Position numbers and translations under genes: made by a program. A stretch of DNA of 63,901 nt, the filler included, from Nitrospirae bacterium CG2_30_53_67 (lineage in GTDB: Bacteria; CG2-30-53-67), in NCBI GenBank assembly GCA_001873285.1. It is 6 parts of 6 records of this genome, joined end to end, with 100 filler letters (N's around TTAATTAATTAA, not from the genome) between each part and the next. Parts side by side here need not be neighbours in the genome. Positions count along the whole stretch, not along the records: positions 20,662 to 31,115 come from MNYV01000015.1; positions 31,216 to 41,368 come from MNYV01000087.1; 4 more parts are not named here. The stretch is one strand, 5' to 3'. Below the pieces are notes generated by a model, which was not told the DNA's origin, did no database searches, and worked only from the letters and a program-made list of their open reading frames with translations. Of this stretch, positions 21,590-33,108 are shown in pieces. The first letter of the stretch is position 1. Each line of letters opens with the position of its first letter.

Positions 21590-21721
21590 CTGATTCTGTT
21601 GCAAATGCTCCAGATGCAAGGCACGATATTTACTGGCGAATGAGGCGTACTTTTCTGGTACGCCGCAGTGAAGCCAGAATATATCGTAACGCCGCAGATG
21701 GGGTATTTGCGGCAGAATCAG
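21590..21721. mobile_element. 132-bp MITE-like inverted-repeat element
   Basis: Imperfect TIRs CTGATTCTGTTGCAAATGCTCCA / TGGGGTATTTGCGGCAGAATCAG; internal GGCGTAC-TTTCTG-GTACGCC hairpin. Confidence 0.7.
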
Positions 21722-22479
21722 TCTTCTTTTACTACATCTTCATCATCTATGTCAAGTACATCCACGCTTTTTTTGTGGCGGATCCCCTCGACCACTCCGG
21801 AAAGGGCATAGACCACGCTCATCAGAAAGAGGACGGATTCCGGATCGGCTGCGATCACCAGGGCGCCGAGAACAAGGAAAAGCAGGATCTTGAAATGGCG
21901 CCGTTTGATCAGATCGATGTCCTTAAAACTGTAGTAGCGGATATTGCTGACCATGAGGAAGGAGATGCCGAGAACCACGACCACAAACCAAAACGGCTTG
22001 TCCGATTCGGAATACCCGAAGAAATGATGGTAGGCAAGAACGGATGTGGCGATCACTCCGGCCCCAGCCGGAATGGGAAGACCCACGAAGTATTTCTTGT
22101 CCGCCACGTCGGTATTCACATTGAACCGCGCCAGGCGGAAGGCGCCCGCCACCATGAAGAGAAAGGAGGTCAGCCATCCGATCCGGCCGAAAGGCTTCAG
22201 CGCCCATAAAAAGCTCAGAATAGCCGGGGCGATCCCGAAGGAGACCAGGTCGGAGAGAGAGTCGTACTCAACCCCAAACTTTGATGATGTATGCGTCCAC
22301 CGTGCGATCTTGCCGTCCACGGAATCAAAGATCGCTCCGATCAAAATGGCTATGGCCCCCTTCTCGTATTCTCCATTGACCGAGGCGATAATCGAGTAGA
22401 ACCCGGCAAAGAGATTTCCGGTGGTAAAGATATTGGGAAGAAGATAAATCCCCTTGGGGCGTTCAACGGTATGGTTCAT
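21718..22479 (-). CDS. pssA: CDP-diacylglycerol--serine O-phosphatidyltransferase
   Basis: DSVDGKIAR…GVEYDSLSDLVSFGIAP, RLARFN, FVGLPIP. Confidence 0.95.
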   Translation of the reverse strand: MNHTVERPKGIYLLPNIFTTGNLFAGFYSIIASVNGEYEKGAIAILIGAIFDSVDGKIARWTHTSSKFGVEYDSLSDLVSFGIAPAILSFLWALKPFGRIGWLTSFLFMVAGAFRLARFNVNTDVADKKYFVGLPIPAGAGVIATSVLAYHHFFGYSESDKPFWFVVVVLGISFLMVSNIRYYSFKDIDLIKRRHFKILLFLVLGALVIAADPESVLFLMSVVYALSGVVEGIRHKKSVDVLDIDDEDVVKED

Positions 22480-22509
22480 GTCTGCACACCCTGTCTTTAG
22501 AACCGTCTG

Positions 22510-22609
22510 CCCCGTCATGCCGGAAAGTCACGGCCTTCAGGCTGGGGATCCATGGGATATCCGTCAGATCATCAGAAAAGACCGTACTTCAAGACGGGGT
22601 GTAACGGGA
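22510..22609. mobile_element. Degenerate 100-bp copy of the CCCCGTTA-ended element
   Basis: CCCCGTCATGCC…CTTCAGGCTGGGGAT…TCAGATCA…CAAGACGGGGTGTAACGGGA aligns with the reverse complement of 39200-39374 once its nested insert is removed. Confidence 0.75.
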
Positions 22610-22610
22610 T

Positions 22611-23621
<1,011 letters not shown>

Positions 23622-23685
23622 CTCATTTCCTCCTCCTGGGTTGGTTCCTCTGGAAATAATTTCAATATTTGAACCCGAATATTTT

Positions 23686-24165
23686 TCACCTTTCCCGAAC
23701 CATGGCTACGGGACCGGTCCGGACAATTCCCTTGATCCCCAGGGGCTTGAGCATCTCGATGATGGCATTGACCTTCTCCGAACTCCCGGTCACCTCTATG
23801 GTATAGTGCGTCTGGCTGGAATCCACCACCTTGGCCCGGAAGATATCGGTGATCCGGAGCGCCTCGGCACGGTGCTCGGCCTTCGCGCTCACTTTGATCA
23901 GGACCAGCTCCCGCTGGAGATACTCCTTCTCTTCCGAGTAATCCATCACCTTGATCACATTGATGAGCCTGTTCAACTGTTTGGTGATCTGTTCGAGGAT
24001 CTTATCGTCTCCGGACGTCACAATCGTCATCTGGGAAAGAGAGGGGTCCATGGTCGCCGCCACATTCAGGCTTTCGATATTAAAACCCCGCCCGCTGAAG
24101 AGCCCTGCAATCCGGGACAGGACGCCGAATTTGTTCTCCACGAGCACCGAGATGGTATGACGCAT
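23686..24165 (-). CDS. ilvN: Acetolactate synthase small subunit
   Basis: [28 protein letters not shown] domain. Confidence 0.97.
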   Translation of the reverse strand: MRHTISVLVENKFGVLSRIAGLFSGRGFNIESLNVAATMDPSLSQMTIVTSGDDKILEQITKQLNRLINVIKVMDYSEEKEYLQRELVLIKVSAKAEHRAEALRITDIFRAKVVDSSQTHYTIEVTGSSEKVNAIIEMLKPLGIKGIVRTGPVAMVRER

Positions 24166-24239
24166 AGGGACCTCTATCCATCTATTATTCTATTGATCCG
24201 GGTCCGTGTGCCCTTTGATACCCGGACAGATCGGCCGTT

Positions 24240-25985
24240 TCAGCCTGTGATCTTTTCCGCTTGTTCAGGGGTCAACTTTTTCTTGTCTTTTTTCTCTTCA
24301 AAGATCATCTCGTCGATGGCCGCGCCCGGCGGAACCATAGGAAGGACATTGGCTTCACGGTCGATCACAAAATCCAGGATGACGGTATTCTTGATGGAAA
24401 TGGCCTCCCGGATGGCATCGGCCACGTCCTCTTTCCGGGTCACCCGGATTCCGGCGGCCCCGTAGGCCTCAGCCAGTTTCACAAAGTCCGGTCCGCTGGA
24501 GAGACAGGTGTAGGAGTAACGGCACTCATAGAAAATCTGCTGCCACTGACGGACCATGCCCAGGAACCTGTTGTTCAGGATAGCGATATTCAAAGGGAGC
24601 CGATGCTGAACGGCCGTGGCCAGTTCCTGGATGTTCATCTGGATGCTCCCGTCTCCGGCAATGTCGAAGACGGTCCGCTCCGGACAGGCGATCTGGGCCC
24701 CTATGGCCGCGGGGAAACCATACCCCATGGTCCCCAGCCCTCCGGAGGTGAGGAACTGCCTGGGGGATTTGAATTTGTAGTATTGGGCCGTCCACATCTG
24801 GTTTTGCCCGACCTCGGTGGTCACGATGGCATCCCCGCGGGTCACCTCATAGATCTGCTCCACGACATATTGCGGGGCGATCTTGCCCTTGCGTTCCCTG
24901 TACCTCATGGGGTGTTCCTGCGCCCATTTGCCGATCTGAGCAATCCAGGATTCGTGTTTCTTTTTCCATTGCACACCGCTCTCCGCTGCGGCAAGTTTTC
25001 CCATCTCCTTGAGAACGTTCTGACAGTCTCCGACGATCGGGATATCGACCGGCACGTTTTTCTTGATCGAGGTCGGATCGATGTCGATATGAATGATGGC
25101 GGCCTTGGGGGCAAAGGTTGCGATCTTCCCGGTGACCCGGTCGTCAAACCGAGCGCCCACGGCGATGATCAAATCCGCATTCTGCACCGACATATTCGCG
25201 CAATAGGTCCCATGCATCCCGAGCATCCCCAAAAAGAGGGGGTCCTCACCGGGGTAGCTCCCCAGACCCATGAGGGAACTGGCGACCGGGATATGCGTCT
25301 TCTTCACCAGGGCCCTCAGCTCAGAGGAGGCATCCGACTGAATGACTCCGCCTCCGGTGAAGAAGACGGGCCGCTCCGCCTTTTTCATGTACTGCAAAGC
25401 CCGCTTGATCTGCTGAGGGTTCCCCTCGTAGGTCGGTTTATATCCCTTGAGGTCTACCTTGGAGGGATACTTGAAGTCCGTCTTGTTGACCGACACATCC
25501 TTGGGAAGATCGATCAGCACCGGCCCCTTGCGCCCGGTCGTGGCGATATGAAAGGCCTCTTTGATCACTGACGCCAGTTTGGAGACGTCGCTGACGAGAT
25601 AGTTGTGCTTGGTGCAGGGACGCGTAATCCCTACGATATCGGCCTCCTGAAAGGCATCGTTCCCGATCATGGACATGGGGACCTGACCCGTGAAGACGAC
25701 CAGCGGGATGGAATCCATATAGGCCGTGGCGATCCCGGTCACGGTGTTGGTGGCGCCGGGGCCGGAGGTCACCAGCACCACGCCGGGCTTTCCTGATGCC
25801 CTGGCGTATCCGTCCGCTGCGTGCACGGCGCCCTGCTCGTGTTTGGCCAGGATATGCGCGATCTCCCGCTGTTGGTGCAGAACATCGTAGATGTTCAAGA
25901 CCACACCTCCCGGATAACCGAAGATGACGTCCACCCCTTCTTTTTTCAGGCATTCAATAAAAATTTCAGCCCCGGAGAGCTTCAT
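24240..25985 (-). CDS. ilvB: Acetolactate synthase large subunit
   Basis: [32 protein letters not shown]…NN ThDP motif. Confidence 0.98.
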   Translation of the reverse strand: MKLSGAEIFIECLKKEGVDVIFGYPGGVVLNIYDVLHQQREIAHILAKHEQGAVHAADGYARASGKPGVVLVTSGPGATNTVTGIATAYMDSIPLVVFTGQVPMSMIGNDAFQEADIVGITRPCTKHNYLVSDVSKLASVIKEAFHIATTGRKGPVLIDLPKDVSVNKTDFKYPSKVDLKGYKPTYEGNPQQIKRALQYMKKAERPVFFTGGGVIQSDASSELRALVKKTHIPVASSLMGLGSYPGEDPLFLGMLGMHGTYCANMSVQNADLIIAVGARFDDRVTGKIATFAPKAAIIHIDIDPTSIKKNVPVDIPIVGDCQNVLKEMGKLAAAESGVQWKKKHESWIAQIGKWAQEHPMRYRERKGKIAPQYVVEQIYEVTRGDAIVTTEVGQNQMWTAQYYKFKSPRQFLTSGGLGTMGYGFPAAIGAQIACPERTVFDIAGDGSIQMNIQELATAVQHRLPLNIAILNNRFLGMVRQWQQIFYECRYSYTCLSSGPDFVKLAEAYGAAGIRVTRKEDVADAIREAISIKNTVILDFVIDREANVLPMVPPGAAIDEMIFEEKKDKKKLTPEQAEKITG

Positions 25986-26253
25986 ATTTTTTCCCTTATC
26001 CTATTTTCTTAGCAGGTCTTCCTGACCATTTCCTTAGGGGAATATCACTATATAGCACTTACGAATTCATCAACCTTAGCACTGATTAGATTGAAAAACA
26101 ACAAGAATTCGCGGAGGCGTCTCACATAAGTTTCACAGTGAGAACCGGCTGCAGGATGTGGGTCTCAAATAGAAACGTGACTGAAGTATCCTGGGGCAAG
26201 CCGCTGCCTGCGGCGGCAGGAACAACAGCCTGCCGAACCCTTTCGAATCATCT

Positions 26254-27426
26254 CTATAAGAATTTTGAGATCATCCTGTAAAAGAAGTTGGCCCTGGGAA
26301 TCTCTTCCTGGGAAAGGGCTTGAATCTTCGCAATTTCCTTTTCCCCGTTCTTGACGATGATGGAACCGTAAGGCTTCCCTTTGATCACGGGCGCCTCGAT
26401 CACGGACGGGGCGTCAATGACCTTGCTCAACGAGGACTCGGCCCCCCGAAGGACAAAAACCGAGAAATCGTCCGCCGCCACAAGGATCGTGCTCTTGACC
26501 TTGGCCCCGGAAACAGGCACCTCCTTCCCGATCGTCTCCCCTTTTTTGACCACCTGAACCTTCTTGTACATATTGAAGCCGACGCTCAAGAGCCTTGCAG
26601 ATTCACGCATCCGGTCCTTGTTGGTTTTCGCGCCGAGGACCACGGAGATCATCCGGAGACCATCCCGTGAAGCCGAAGCCGTAAGGCCGAAACCCGCTGC
26701 CCGGTAATAGCCGGTCTTGATCCCATCGGCGCCGGGAAAATTTCCGATCAGCTTATTGGTGTTGACCAGGATAAATTTTCCGTCCCGAAAAGGCGCGGAC
26801 TTCGTGGAACCCCACTCCAGGATATTGGGATACTTGACCAGTTCCCTGCCCAGCATGGCCAGGTCATAGGCGCTGGACAGATCGGGTTCCTGGTTTTTCT
26901 CCGGCGGAAGCCCGTCCACACTGTGATAGATCGTGTCCTTCAACCCCAATTCCTGTGCCCTTCGGTTCATGAGGTCCACGCACCCTTCCACACTCCCCAG
27001 GATGTGTTCGGCCACCGCCACACTGGCATCATTGGCTGAATGGATGACGATCGCCTTCATCAACTCTTCCAGAGAGAAGACCTCGCCTTGTTTCAGGTAG
27101 GCCTGGGAACCTCCGGTCTTACTGGCCCTCGCGGAGACGGTAATCTGGTCCGTCAGGGCTATGGAATGATCCTTGAGTTTCTCCATGACCAGAAGCATCA
27201 GCATCATCTTGACCATGGAGGCCGGCGGGTGCTTCTCATGAATATTTTTTTCATAGAGCAGATCGCCGGTATCGGCATTGATCATGATTGAGGACGTGTA
27301 ATCACCGTCCTGGATTAATGGCTTGGTCCCGGGGTCTTCCGCAAAGGCGCCTGCAGGAAGATAAAAAGTAAATAAGACAGTCCAGACACAAAAAAAGAAG
27401 AGCGCTCCTATAACCTTTCTCTTCAT
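26254..27426 (-). CDS. D-alanyl-D-alanine carboxypeptidase (PBP5-like, S11)
   Basis: SMVK (SxxK), SAN (SxN), KTG; signal peptide. Confidence 0.95.
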   Translation of the reverse strand: MKRKVIGALFFFCVWTVLFTFYLPAGAFAEDPGTKPLIQDGDYTSSIMINADTGDLLYEKNIHEKHPPASMVKMMLMLLVMEKLKDHSIALTDQITVSARASKTGGSQAYLKQGEVFSLEELMKAIVIHSANDASVAVAEHILGSVEGCVDLMNRRAQELGLKDTIYHSVDGLPPEKNQEPDLSSAYDLAMLGRELVKYPNILEWGSTKSAPFRDGKFILVNTNKLIGNFPGADGIKTGYYRAAGFGLTASASRDGLRMISVVLGAKTNKDRMRESARLLSVGFNMYKKVQVVKKGETIGKEVPVSGAKVKSTILVAADDFSVFVLRGAESSLSKVIDAPSVIEAPVIKGKPYGSIIVKNGEKEIAKIQALSQEEIPRANFFYRMISKFL

Positions 27427-27572
27427 TGCCGCCTCCTTGATGATGGTAAGGTCCATAACTTTTCGACAAGCCGCATGGATTCCAATAAAATAAAAGATTT
27501 TTTTTAACGCCGGCTATTCTTGCACATTTTAATTCTACCGTCAATCCGAAAAATAGACCGGCGACCCTAAAG

Positions 27573-28640
27573 CTACTCGAGAACATAGGCCTTAACGATG
27601 TCACCGACCTCTCTGGTTCCATGCCCCATCTTGCCTGCGGAAAGGCTTTGCATATCCTTATGAATGGCCTTCATCACGGCCTTCTCGATCCGGCCGGCTG
27701 CAGCTTTTTCACCCAGAAAATCGAGCATCATCTGCCCGGCTGAGATCGCGGCCAGAGGATTGATCACATTCTTGCCCGTATATTTCGGAGCCGAACCGCC
27801 GATGGGCTCGAACATGGAGGTCCCTTCCGGATTGATATTCCCCCCGGCTGCGATCCCCATGCCTCCCTGGATCATGGCCCCGAGGTCGGTGATGATATCC
27901 CCGAACAGGTTGTCGGTGACGATCACATCGAACCATTCCGGATTCTTGACCATCCACATGCAGGTGGCATCCACATGGGCGTAATCGGTCCGGATCTCCG
28001 GATAATCCCCGGCCACCTCATAAAAGGCCCGCTCCCATAAATCAAACGCATAGGTCAGGACATTGGTTTTGCCGCACAGGGTGAGCTTCTTCGTCCGGTT
28101 CCTCTTCTTGCAGTAGTCGAAGGCGAACCGCAGGCACCGCTCCACGCCTTTCCGGGTGTTGATCGACTCCTGAATCGCCACCTCGTCCGGTGTCCCCTTC
28201 TTCAGGAAGCCTCCCGCCCCGCAATAGAGCCCTTCGGTATTCTCCCTGACCACCACAAAGTCAATCTGTTCCGGCCCTTTGTCCTTGAGCGGGGTCTCGA
28301 CCCCGGAATAAAGTTTGACCGGCCGAAGATTGATATACTGGTCCAAAGCAAAGCGGAGATGGAGCAGGATCCCCTTCTCCAGGATCCCGGGTTTCACATC
28401 GGGATGGCCTATGGCCCCCAGATAGATGGCATCCATCTGACGGAATTCTTCGATGGCCGAATCCGGAAGGATTTCCCCGGTCCGTTTGTAGCGTTCCCCT
28501 CCGAAATCATAGTGGGTCAGCTTCAACGAGAATCCTTCTCTCTCGGCCGCCGCCTTGATGACCTTGACCCCTTCTGCAATGACCTCCGGGCCCGTCCCAT
28601 CCCCCGGCATAAGCGCAATGTTGTATGTCTTCGCCATCAT
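27573..28640 (-). CDS. leuB: 3-isopropylmalate dehydrogenase
   Basis: PGDGTGPE, NLRP, RENTEG, NLFGDIITD, MFEPIGGSAP. Confidence 0.93.
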   Translation of the reverse strand: MMAKTYNIALMPGDGTGPEVIAEGVKVIKAAAEREGFSLKLTHYDFGGERYKRTGEILPDSAIEEFRQMDAIYLGAIGHPDVKPGILEKGILLHLRFALDQYINLRPVKLYSGVETPLKDKGPEQIDFVVVRENTEGLYCGAGGFLKKGTPDEVAIQESINTRKGVERCLRFAFDYCKKRNRTKKLTLCGKTNVLTYAFDLWERAFYEVAGDYPEIRTDYAHVDATCMWMVKNPEWFDVIVTDNLFGDIITDLGAMIQGGMGIAAGGNINPEGTSMFEPIGGSAPKYTGKNVINPLAAISAGQMMLDFLGEKAAAGRIEKAVMKAIHKDMQSLSAGKMGHGTREVGDIVKAYVLE

Positions 28641-28681
28641 CCTTCCTTTCGGTAGATAAAGAGTAAAAAATATTAGATAAC

Positions 28682-28752
28682 GGTTCTTCTTCGTTTATTT
28701 GTAAAACTTCCAACGGGGCTTGAACCCTGATGTTTTCACCCGCTCTTTTGGA
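28682..28752. repeat. Collapsed remnant of the octamer-associated element, with one CCCCGTT-type end
   Basis: TTGAACCCTGATGTTTTCACCCGCTCTTTTGGA matches ~31362-31394; AACTTCCAACGGGG at 28705-28718. Confidence 0.65.
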
Positions 28753-28844
28753 AATGCTTTTAGATAACATAACACAGAGGATAAATCAAGAACGAAGTCA
28801 ATACGAATTCATCAAAGCTCCGACTCGGAAAGGTCCTCAATCCC

Positions 28845-30059
28845 TTATGGTCTTCTCCTGATCTGCATCTTCTGCATGGACTGGATGGCATCCAGATATC
28901 TTCTAACCTGGGCTTCGATTTCCGGGTCCGGGTTGAGGTCCAGCACGGTCAGGAAATATTGATAGGCCGAGGTGATCAGACCCTTTCCCTGATAGAGGGC
29001 AATCCCGGCGCCGAGATAGGCCCGGTCCAGAAAGGGGCCGTTGGGATCATCCGCAATATACTGTCTGAACACGGTGAGGGCCTCGGAGTATCGGTTCTCC
29101 TTGAGAAGGAAAAATCCGATCTGCAGACGGTCTTCCGGATCGATGGTCTTTCGTGCTGAGGCGGAAGGGGATGAAAAATATCCGGCGGCAGCCTCCATGT
29201 CATCCCCGCGTTGCAGGGCCTCATGAATATTTTGCGGCAACTGAACGCCTTGATCGGGTTCTTCTGTGTAGGCGCTTTCAGGTCTGCGTCCCATGATGGC
29301 TCGCCGCCTGAATCGGCTGATGAATTCCGGGGGCCGGTCCACGCCGTAGGCAATGGCCAGGCCCGCGAGAAAACCTCCGATATGCGCCCCGTGAGCCACG
29401 CCCCCTGCGCTTGCCGGGGTGAAGAGAAAAGGTAAGAGGTTGTCGATAAGCAGGAAGAATCCCAGCACCAGGCGCGCAGGAAGCAGAACCGTATCCATGA
29501 AAAAGGGGAAGAGCATGACAAAGACCCGGACCTTGTTCTTGGGAAACCAGAGGAAATAAAGCCCGAGGACCCCGGAGATGGCGCCCGATGCCCCAATCAT
29601 GGGCATGGGAGAGTTGAATTGGAAGAGCGAATAGAAAAGGGTGGCGATCACCCCCGTTGTTAGGTAGACAGGGAGATAAACGAGATAGCCGAGCCGGTGC
29701 TCCACATTGTCGCCGTAGATCCAGAGAAAAAGCATGTTGCCGAACAGGTGGAGGAAACCGGCGTGAAGGAAAAGGGAGAAAAAGAGATCGTTCAAAGACG
29801 GGTGGGCCGGTTTAAACCCGTGTGTGAAGACAAAGAGGTCATAGGCGGAGATATGATGGATGATCTGGTAGAGCGGGAGATTCTGATATTGCGGAATGGC
29901 CCTGATATACTCCAGAATGGCCGGGTCGTTCAGGTCAGGCCGCGCCGTGCTCAGGGGGAGGGAGTAGAGGAGATAGACGGCCACATTGATCCCGATGAGC
30001 AGGTAGTTGACCACGGGGATCCCTTTGGGATTGGGCATATCGTTCAGAGGCAAAAACAC
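28845..30059 (-). CDS. Rhomboid intramembrane protease with C-terminal TPR
   Basis: HLFGNM, GASGA (catalytic Ser), AHIGG (catalytic His). Confidence 0.93.
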   Translation of the reverse strand: MFLPLNDMPNPKGIPVVNYLLIGINVAVYLLYSLPLSTARPDLNDPAILEYIRAIPQYQNLPLYQIIHHISAYDLFVFTHGFKPAHPSLNDLFFSLFLHAGFLHLFGNMLFLWIYGDNVEHRLGYLVYLPVYLTTGVIATLFYSLFQFNSPMPMIGASGAISGVLGLYFLWFPKNKVRVFVMLFPFFMDTVLLPARLVLGFFLLIDNLLPFLFTPASAGGVAHGAHIGGFLAGLAIAYGVDRPPEFISRFRRRAIMGRRPESAYTEEPDQGVQLPQNIHEALQRGDDMEAAAGYFSSPSASARKTIDPEDRLQIGFFLLKENRYSEALTVFRQYIADDPNGPFLDRAYLGAGIALYQGKGLITSAYQYFLTVLDLNPDPEIEAQVRRYLDAIQSMQKMQIRRRP

Positions 30060-30175
30060 GGTGGTTGTCCTTTTTTAGGTTTTGTGCTGTGATGAATCAG
30101 CATATTAGAATACGATGTTAAAAGCAACCTTTTAGGTTTTTTTCAGAGAATAAAAATTGCAAAATCCTTGATTAT

Positions 30176-30691
30176 ATGTATAATCAGGATGGGAGGTCGA
30201 AAGGGATGAAAGAGGAGGTCTGGTCATTTCTGCTTGGCCAGGAAGATAGATTTCAGGAGGTTTCTTCGGAGTCTTTGAACCGGCTGGTCAATGAAGAGGG
30301 CTCGCAGGTGTTCCCGCAATTGGGCGGGAAGGTCATCCTGGCGGCGCTGGTTCATATGCGTTGTGAGCACGAGAAACCCAAACAAGTTAAGAGGATTGAG
30401 TTCCGCCGGTGCAGATTGACTAAAGACGGTTTTCCGGACCCGGCTTTTAAAGAGAGAAGAAAACAAATTATTGCTGAAATAGCTTCCATCCAGCCGCAAA
30501 AACTCGGATATCCCAACGTGGTGGATGCATCACAAAGATTTAAGGAAAGACGATTCCAAAATGAGTTTTCCTGGACCCCTTCGGTTTCCATGGTTCAGCA
30601 GCTTTCTGCCATGATTCATGAAAAGACTAAGGGCGCCCTTGGATCCCGGGAGATTATGTATCAGATCCTGCAGCTGACGGCTACGGCCTGA
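30176..30691 (+). CDS. Hypothetical protein
   Basis: 171-aa ORF; no family recognised. Confidence 0.6.
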   Translation: MYNQDGRSKGMKEEVWSFLLGQEDRFQEVSSESLNRLVNEEGSQVFPQLGGKVILAALVHMRCEHEKPKQVKRIEFRRCRLTKDGFPDPAFKERRKQIIAEIASIQPQKLGYPNVVDASQRFKERRFQNEFSWTPSVSMVQQLSAMIHEKTKGALGSREIMYQILQLTATA

Positions 30692-30802
30692 CCGGCCATG
30701 TTTACACAGAATGTATAAAATCATCAAAAAAAATACAGCGGCTACAAGGAGTCTTTCTTGGACCTGTCGGAATATCGCGACGGCTACTACACTAAGGCAT
30801 CT

Positions 30803-30913
30803 TGGGGTCCAGTGTTTTTCTCTGGAGATTTTGCTTGCATTTCAGTATTTCACTTGAATCCTTGATCCCTTTGACCCTTGAACCCTTTTTACCCACTAAA
30901 TGGGAGAAGAACC
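30803..30913 (-). repeat. Octamer-repeat element copy
   Basis: TTGAATCC TTGATCCC T TTGACCC TTGAACCC array; core is a near-identical inverse of 31216-31300. Confidence 0.75.
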
Positions 30914-31026
30914 TAAAATTCCAGGTGTCGAGGCATCCTGTCAGAGCGGTTAAATCGGAATGCCCGAAGAAGAAGCAACATAAACCATGAGGCGTCAGGG
31001 ATGACGCGGTCAGGAGGAGATCACCC

Positions 31027-31115
31027 ATGCTGAGAGATCTGGTTATTAAAAACAGGAGTTACCGCCGGTTTTATGAAAAAGAGAAGATTAGTCTTCGGAC
31101 CTTGAAGGATCTTGT
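31027..31115 (+). CDS. Nitroreductase family protein, 5' fragment (contig end)
   Basis: MLRDLVIKNRSYRRFYE (RSxRxF motif), AGGAG RBS. Confidence 0.7.
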
Positions 31116-31215
31116 NNNNNNNNNNNNNNNNNNNNNNNNNNNNNNNNNNNNNNNNNNNNTTAATTAATTAANNNNNNNNNNNNNNNNNNNNNNNNNNNNN
31201 NNNNNNNNNNNNNNN

Positions 31216-31402
31216 TCCAGGGGTCGAGGGGTCAAGGGTTCAAGTGAGATACTGAAACGCAAGCAAAATCTTCAGAGAAAAACACTGGAACCCTTGGACC
31301 CTATAATCCTCGGCCCCTTATGATTTTAGCACTTCACTTGACCCCTGGAATCCTTGACCCCTTGAACCCTGATGTTTTCACCCGCTCTTTTGGAGATGAT
31401 CC
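31216..31402. repeat. Octamer-repeat elements (two adjacent pieces)
   Basis: GGGGTCGA GGGGTCAA GGGTTCAA GTGA… and TTGACCCC TGGAATCC TTGACCCC TTGAACCC TGATGTTTTCACCCG. Confidence 0.8.
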
Positions 31403-31610
31403 AATGATTTTAAATGATCATCCTAACCTCATGATCAATGTAAGATAACCCCATTAACCATCCATAATACATAGAAAATACCATTCAATGAAGTGTACGA
31501 TATTTGTTGCCGCGCCCTATATGTACCGTCCTATAAGATATATTATGTTAACTTAAACGCCCGCCTTGTTTATCTCCATTGGGTCTATGTTTAAGGGAAA
31601 ATAGGCCTGC

Positions 31611-31779
31611 GGGGCTGTTGAAAAAGTCTCTTATGGTAAATAATTTGTCATGCCCGATAAACTTGTCCCCGCATGCATTCAGCGGGGAGCGGGCATCCAG
31701 TAATACTATGAAAAACCTGGATTCCCGCCTACGCGGGAATGACGGCATGAGACCAGAAAAACACTTTTTCAACAGCCCC
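31611..31779. mobile_element. 169-bp MITE with IS1182/IS5-like ends carrying a REP doublet
   Basis: TIR GGGGCTGTTGAAAAAG / CTTTTTCAACAGCCCC, 4-bp TSD CTGC (31607-31610, 31780-31783). Confidence 0.85.
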
Positions 31780-31827
31780 CTGCCCCCTTTTATCTTTTTC
31801 TTGACTCTCATTTTATTGATGATACTA

Positions 31828-31869
31828 TTATGCATTGTGCGTTATGCATCATGCGTTATACATGGTGCA
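31828..31869 (+). repeat. Heptamer tandem repeat x6 between promoter and ATPase start
   Basis: TTATGCA TTGTGCG TTATGCA TCATGCG TTATACA TGGTGCA, downstream of a TTGACT box at 31801. Confidence 0.65.
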
Positions 31870-31890
31870 AAAATAAAAAGAAACTAAGCC

Positions 31891-33033
31891 ATGCCGGATA
31901 AAAAACTTTTCATCAACCCTTTTGTTCTCGGGCGTATCCGTCCAGGTGAGCCGTTCTGCAACAGGAAAAAAGAGCAGTCTGATCTCAGGACCCACTCTTT
32001 AAACTGTGTAGATGTTGTCCTCTATTCTTCCCGCAGATTAGGCAAGACTTCTCTTTTGCATCAGGTTTTAAATTCCATGGAACACAAGGGTTATTATGGA
32101 ATCTATGTAGATCTTGTTTCCATAACGAGCGAGAGCGATTTTATCCGGAAAGTCGTTGAGGGAATGGTTCTCGGAGTTGGAAAGGATGTGACGAGCCGAT
32201 CATTCCCAAAGAGGATCAAGGGGCTCTTCAGCCGTATCCAGCCCCAGGTGGAAATCCGGCCCGATGGTGTAACCTTCTCTATCAAATATAATAGCACCGT
32301 AAGTTTGAATTTACTGGTCGAAGATGTTTTCCATGGCTTATCCAAGTTTTTGGATGCAAGGGAGAAAAAAGCTCTGGTTGTGCTTGATGAATTTCAGCAG
32401 ATCGCCGACCTGAAAGAGAACAAAAAAATCGAGGGTCTGTTACGCGAATATATTCAAGGTGAACGGAACATCGCCTATTTTTTTGTTGGGTCGAGACGGC
32501 GGATATTAAAAGATATGTTTACAGACAAAAACAGGCCCTTTTATAAAAGTGCGTTTTCCTACCCTCTTGGAAATATTTCAAAAGACGAGCTTTCAAAATT
32601 TGTGAGGCTTCAATTTGCAGATACCGGGAAAAACTGCCCTCTGGAGATCGCCCAAGAGATTTATGATGATGTAGGAGGACACACCTATTATGTGCAAAAA
32701 CTATCGCACATTCTTTGGGATATTGCGGAAACAAAAGCGACCCCGGCGTTGTTGGCAAAGGCAAAAACCGAACTGCTCCAGTCCGAAGCTCGGGATACCT
32801 TCGAGAATATGTTTCAAGGGTTGAATCAGGGCGAAAAGAAACTCGCAAAAGCGCTGGCTTTGGAACCGACCCGTCAGCCCTACGCTGCGCCGTACCTGGC
32901 TCGTTATGAGCTTAATGCAGGGGGTGTAGGGAGAAACATAAAATCCCTATTAGATAAGGATCTGCTGGAGATCACAGAGGATAGCGTGCATCAACTCACC
33001 GATCCGCTTTTTGCAAAGTGGTGTTCGATGTAA
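31891..33033 (+). CDS. Archaeal-type/STAND-like P-loop ATPase with probable C-terminal winged helix
   Basis: NPF…FCNR, SSRRLGKTS Walker A, VVLDEFQ Walker B, FVGS, GGHTYYVQ, DPLFAKW. Confidence 0.85.
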   Translation: MPDKKLFINPFVLGRIRPGEPFCNRKKEQSDLRTHSLNCVDVVLYSSRRLGKTSLLHQVLNSMEHKGYYGIYVDLVSITSESDFIRKVVEGMVLGVGKDVTSRSFPKRIKGLFSRIQPQVEIRPDGVTFSIKYNSTVSLNLLVEDVFHGLSKFLDAREKKALVVLDEFQQIADLKENKKIEGLLREYIQGERNIAYFFVGSRRRILKDMFTDKNRPFYKSAFSYPLGNISKDELSKFVRLQFADTGKNCPLEIAQEIYDDVGGHTYYVQKLSHILWDIAETKATPALLAKAKTELLQSEARDTFENMFQGLNQGEKKLAKALALEPTRQPYAAPYLARYELNAGGVGRNIKSLLDKDLLEITEDSVHQLTDPLFAKWCSM

Positions 33034-33108
33034 GGGATCAGGGCTATACATGGGTCTTATGAACAGAACTGCGGACACGTTCAAATTGCAGAATTTTTGT
33101 GAGGACGG

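Noticed and set aside
24261..25571. Long antisense ORFs (also 16893-17975, 45768-46970, 48094-49779)
   Set aside because: Shadow frames opposite well-supported genes in GC-rich DNA; no motifs.
26100..26250. GC-rich hairpins between the carboxypeptidase gene and ilvB as an attenuator or ncRNA
   Set aside because: No leader peptide or recognisable RNA motif.
30803..31402. Octamer arrays as a CRISPR array
   Set aside because: Units are 8 bp, tandem and lack unique spacers; no cas genes present.
31548..31887. ORFs 31548-31835 and 31579-31887
   Set aside because: Translations of the MITE/REP sequence, not credible genes.
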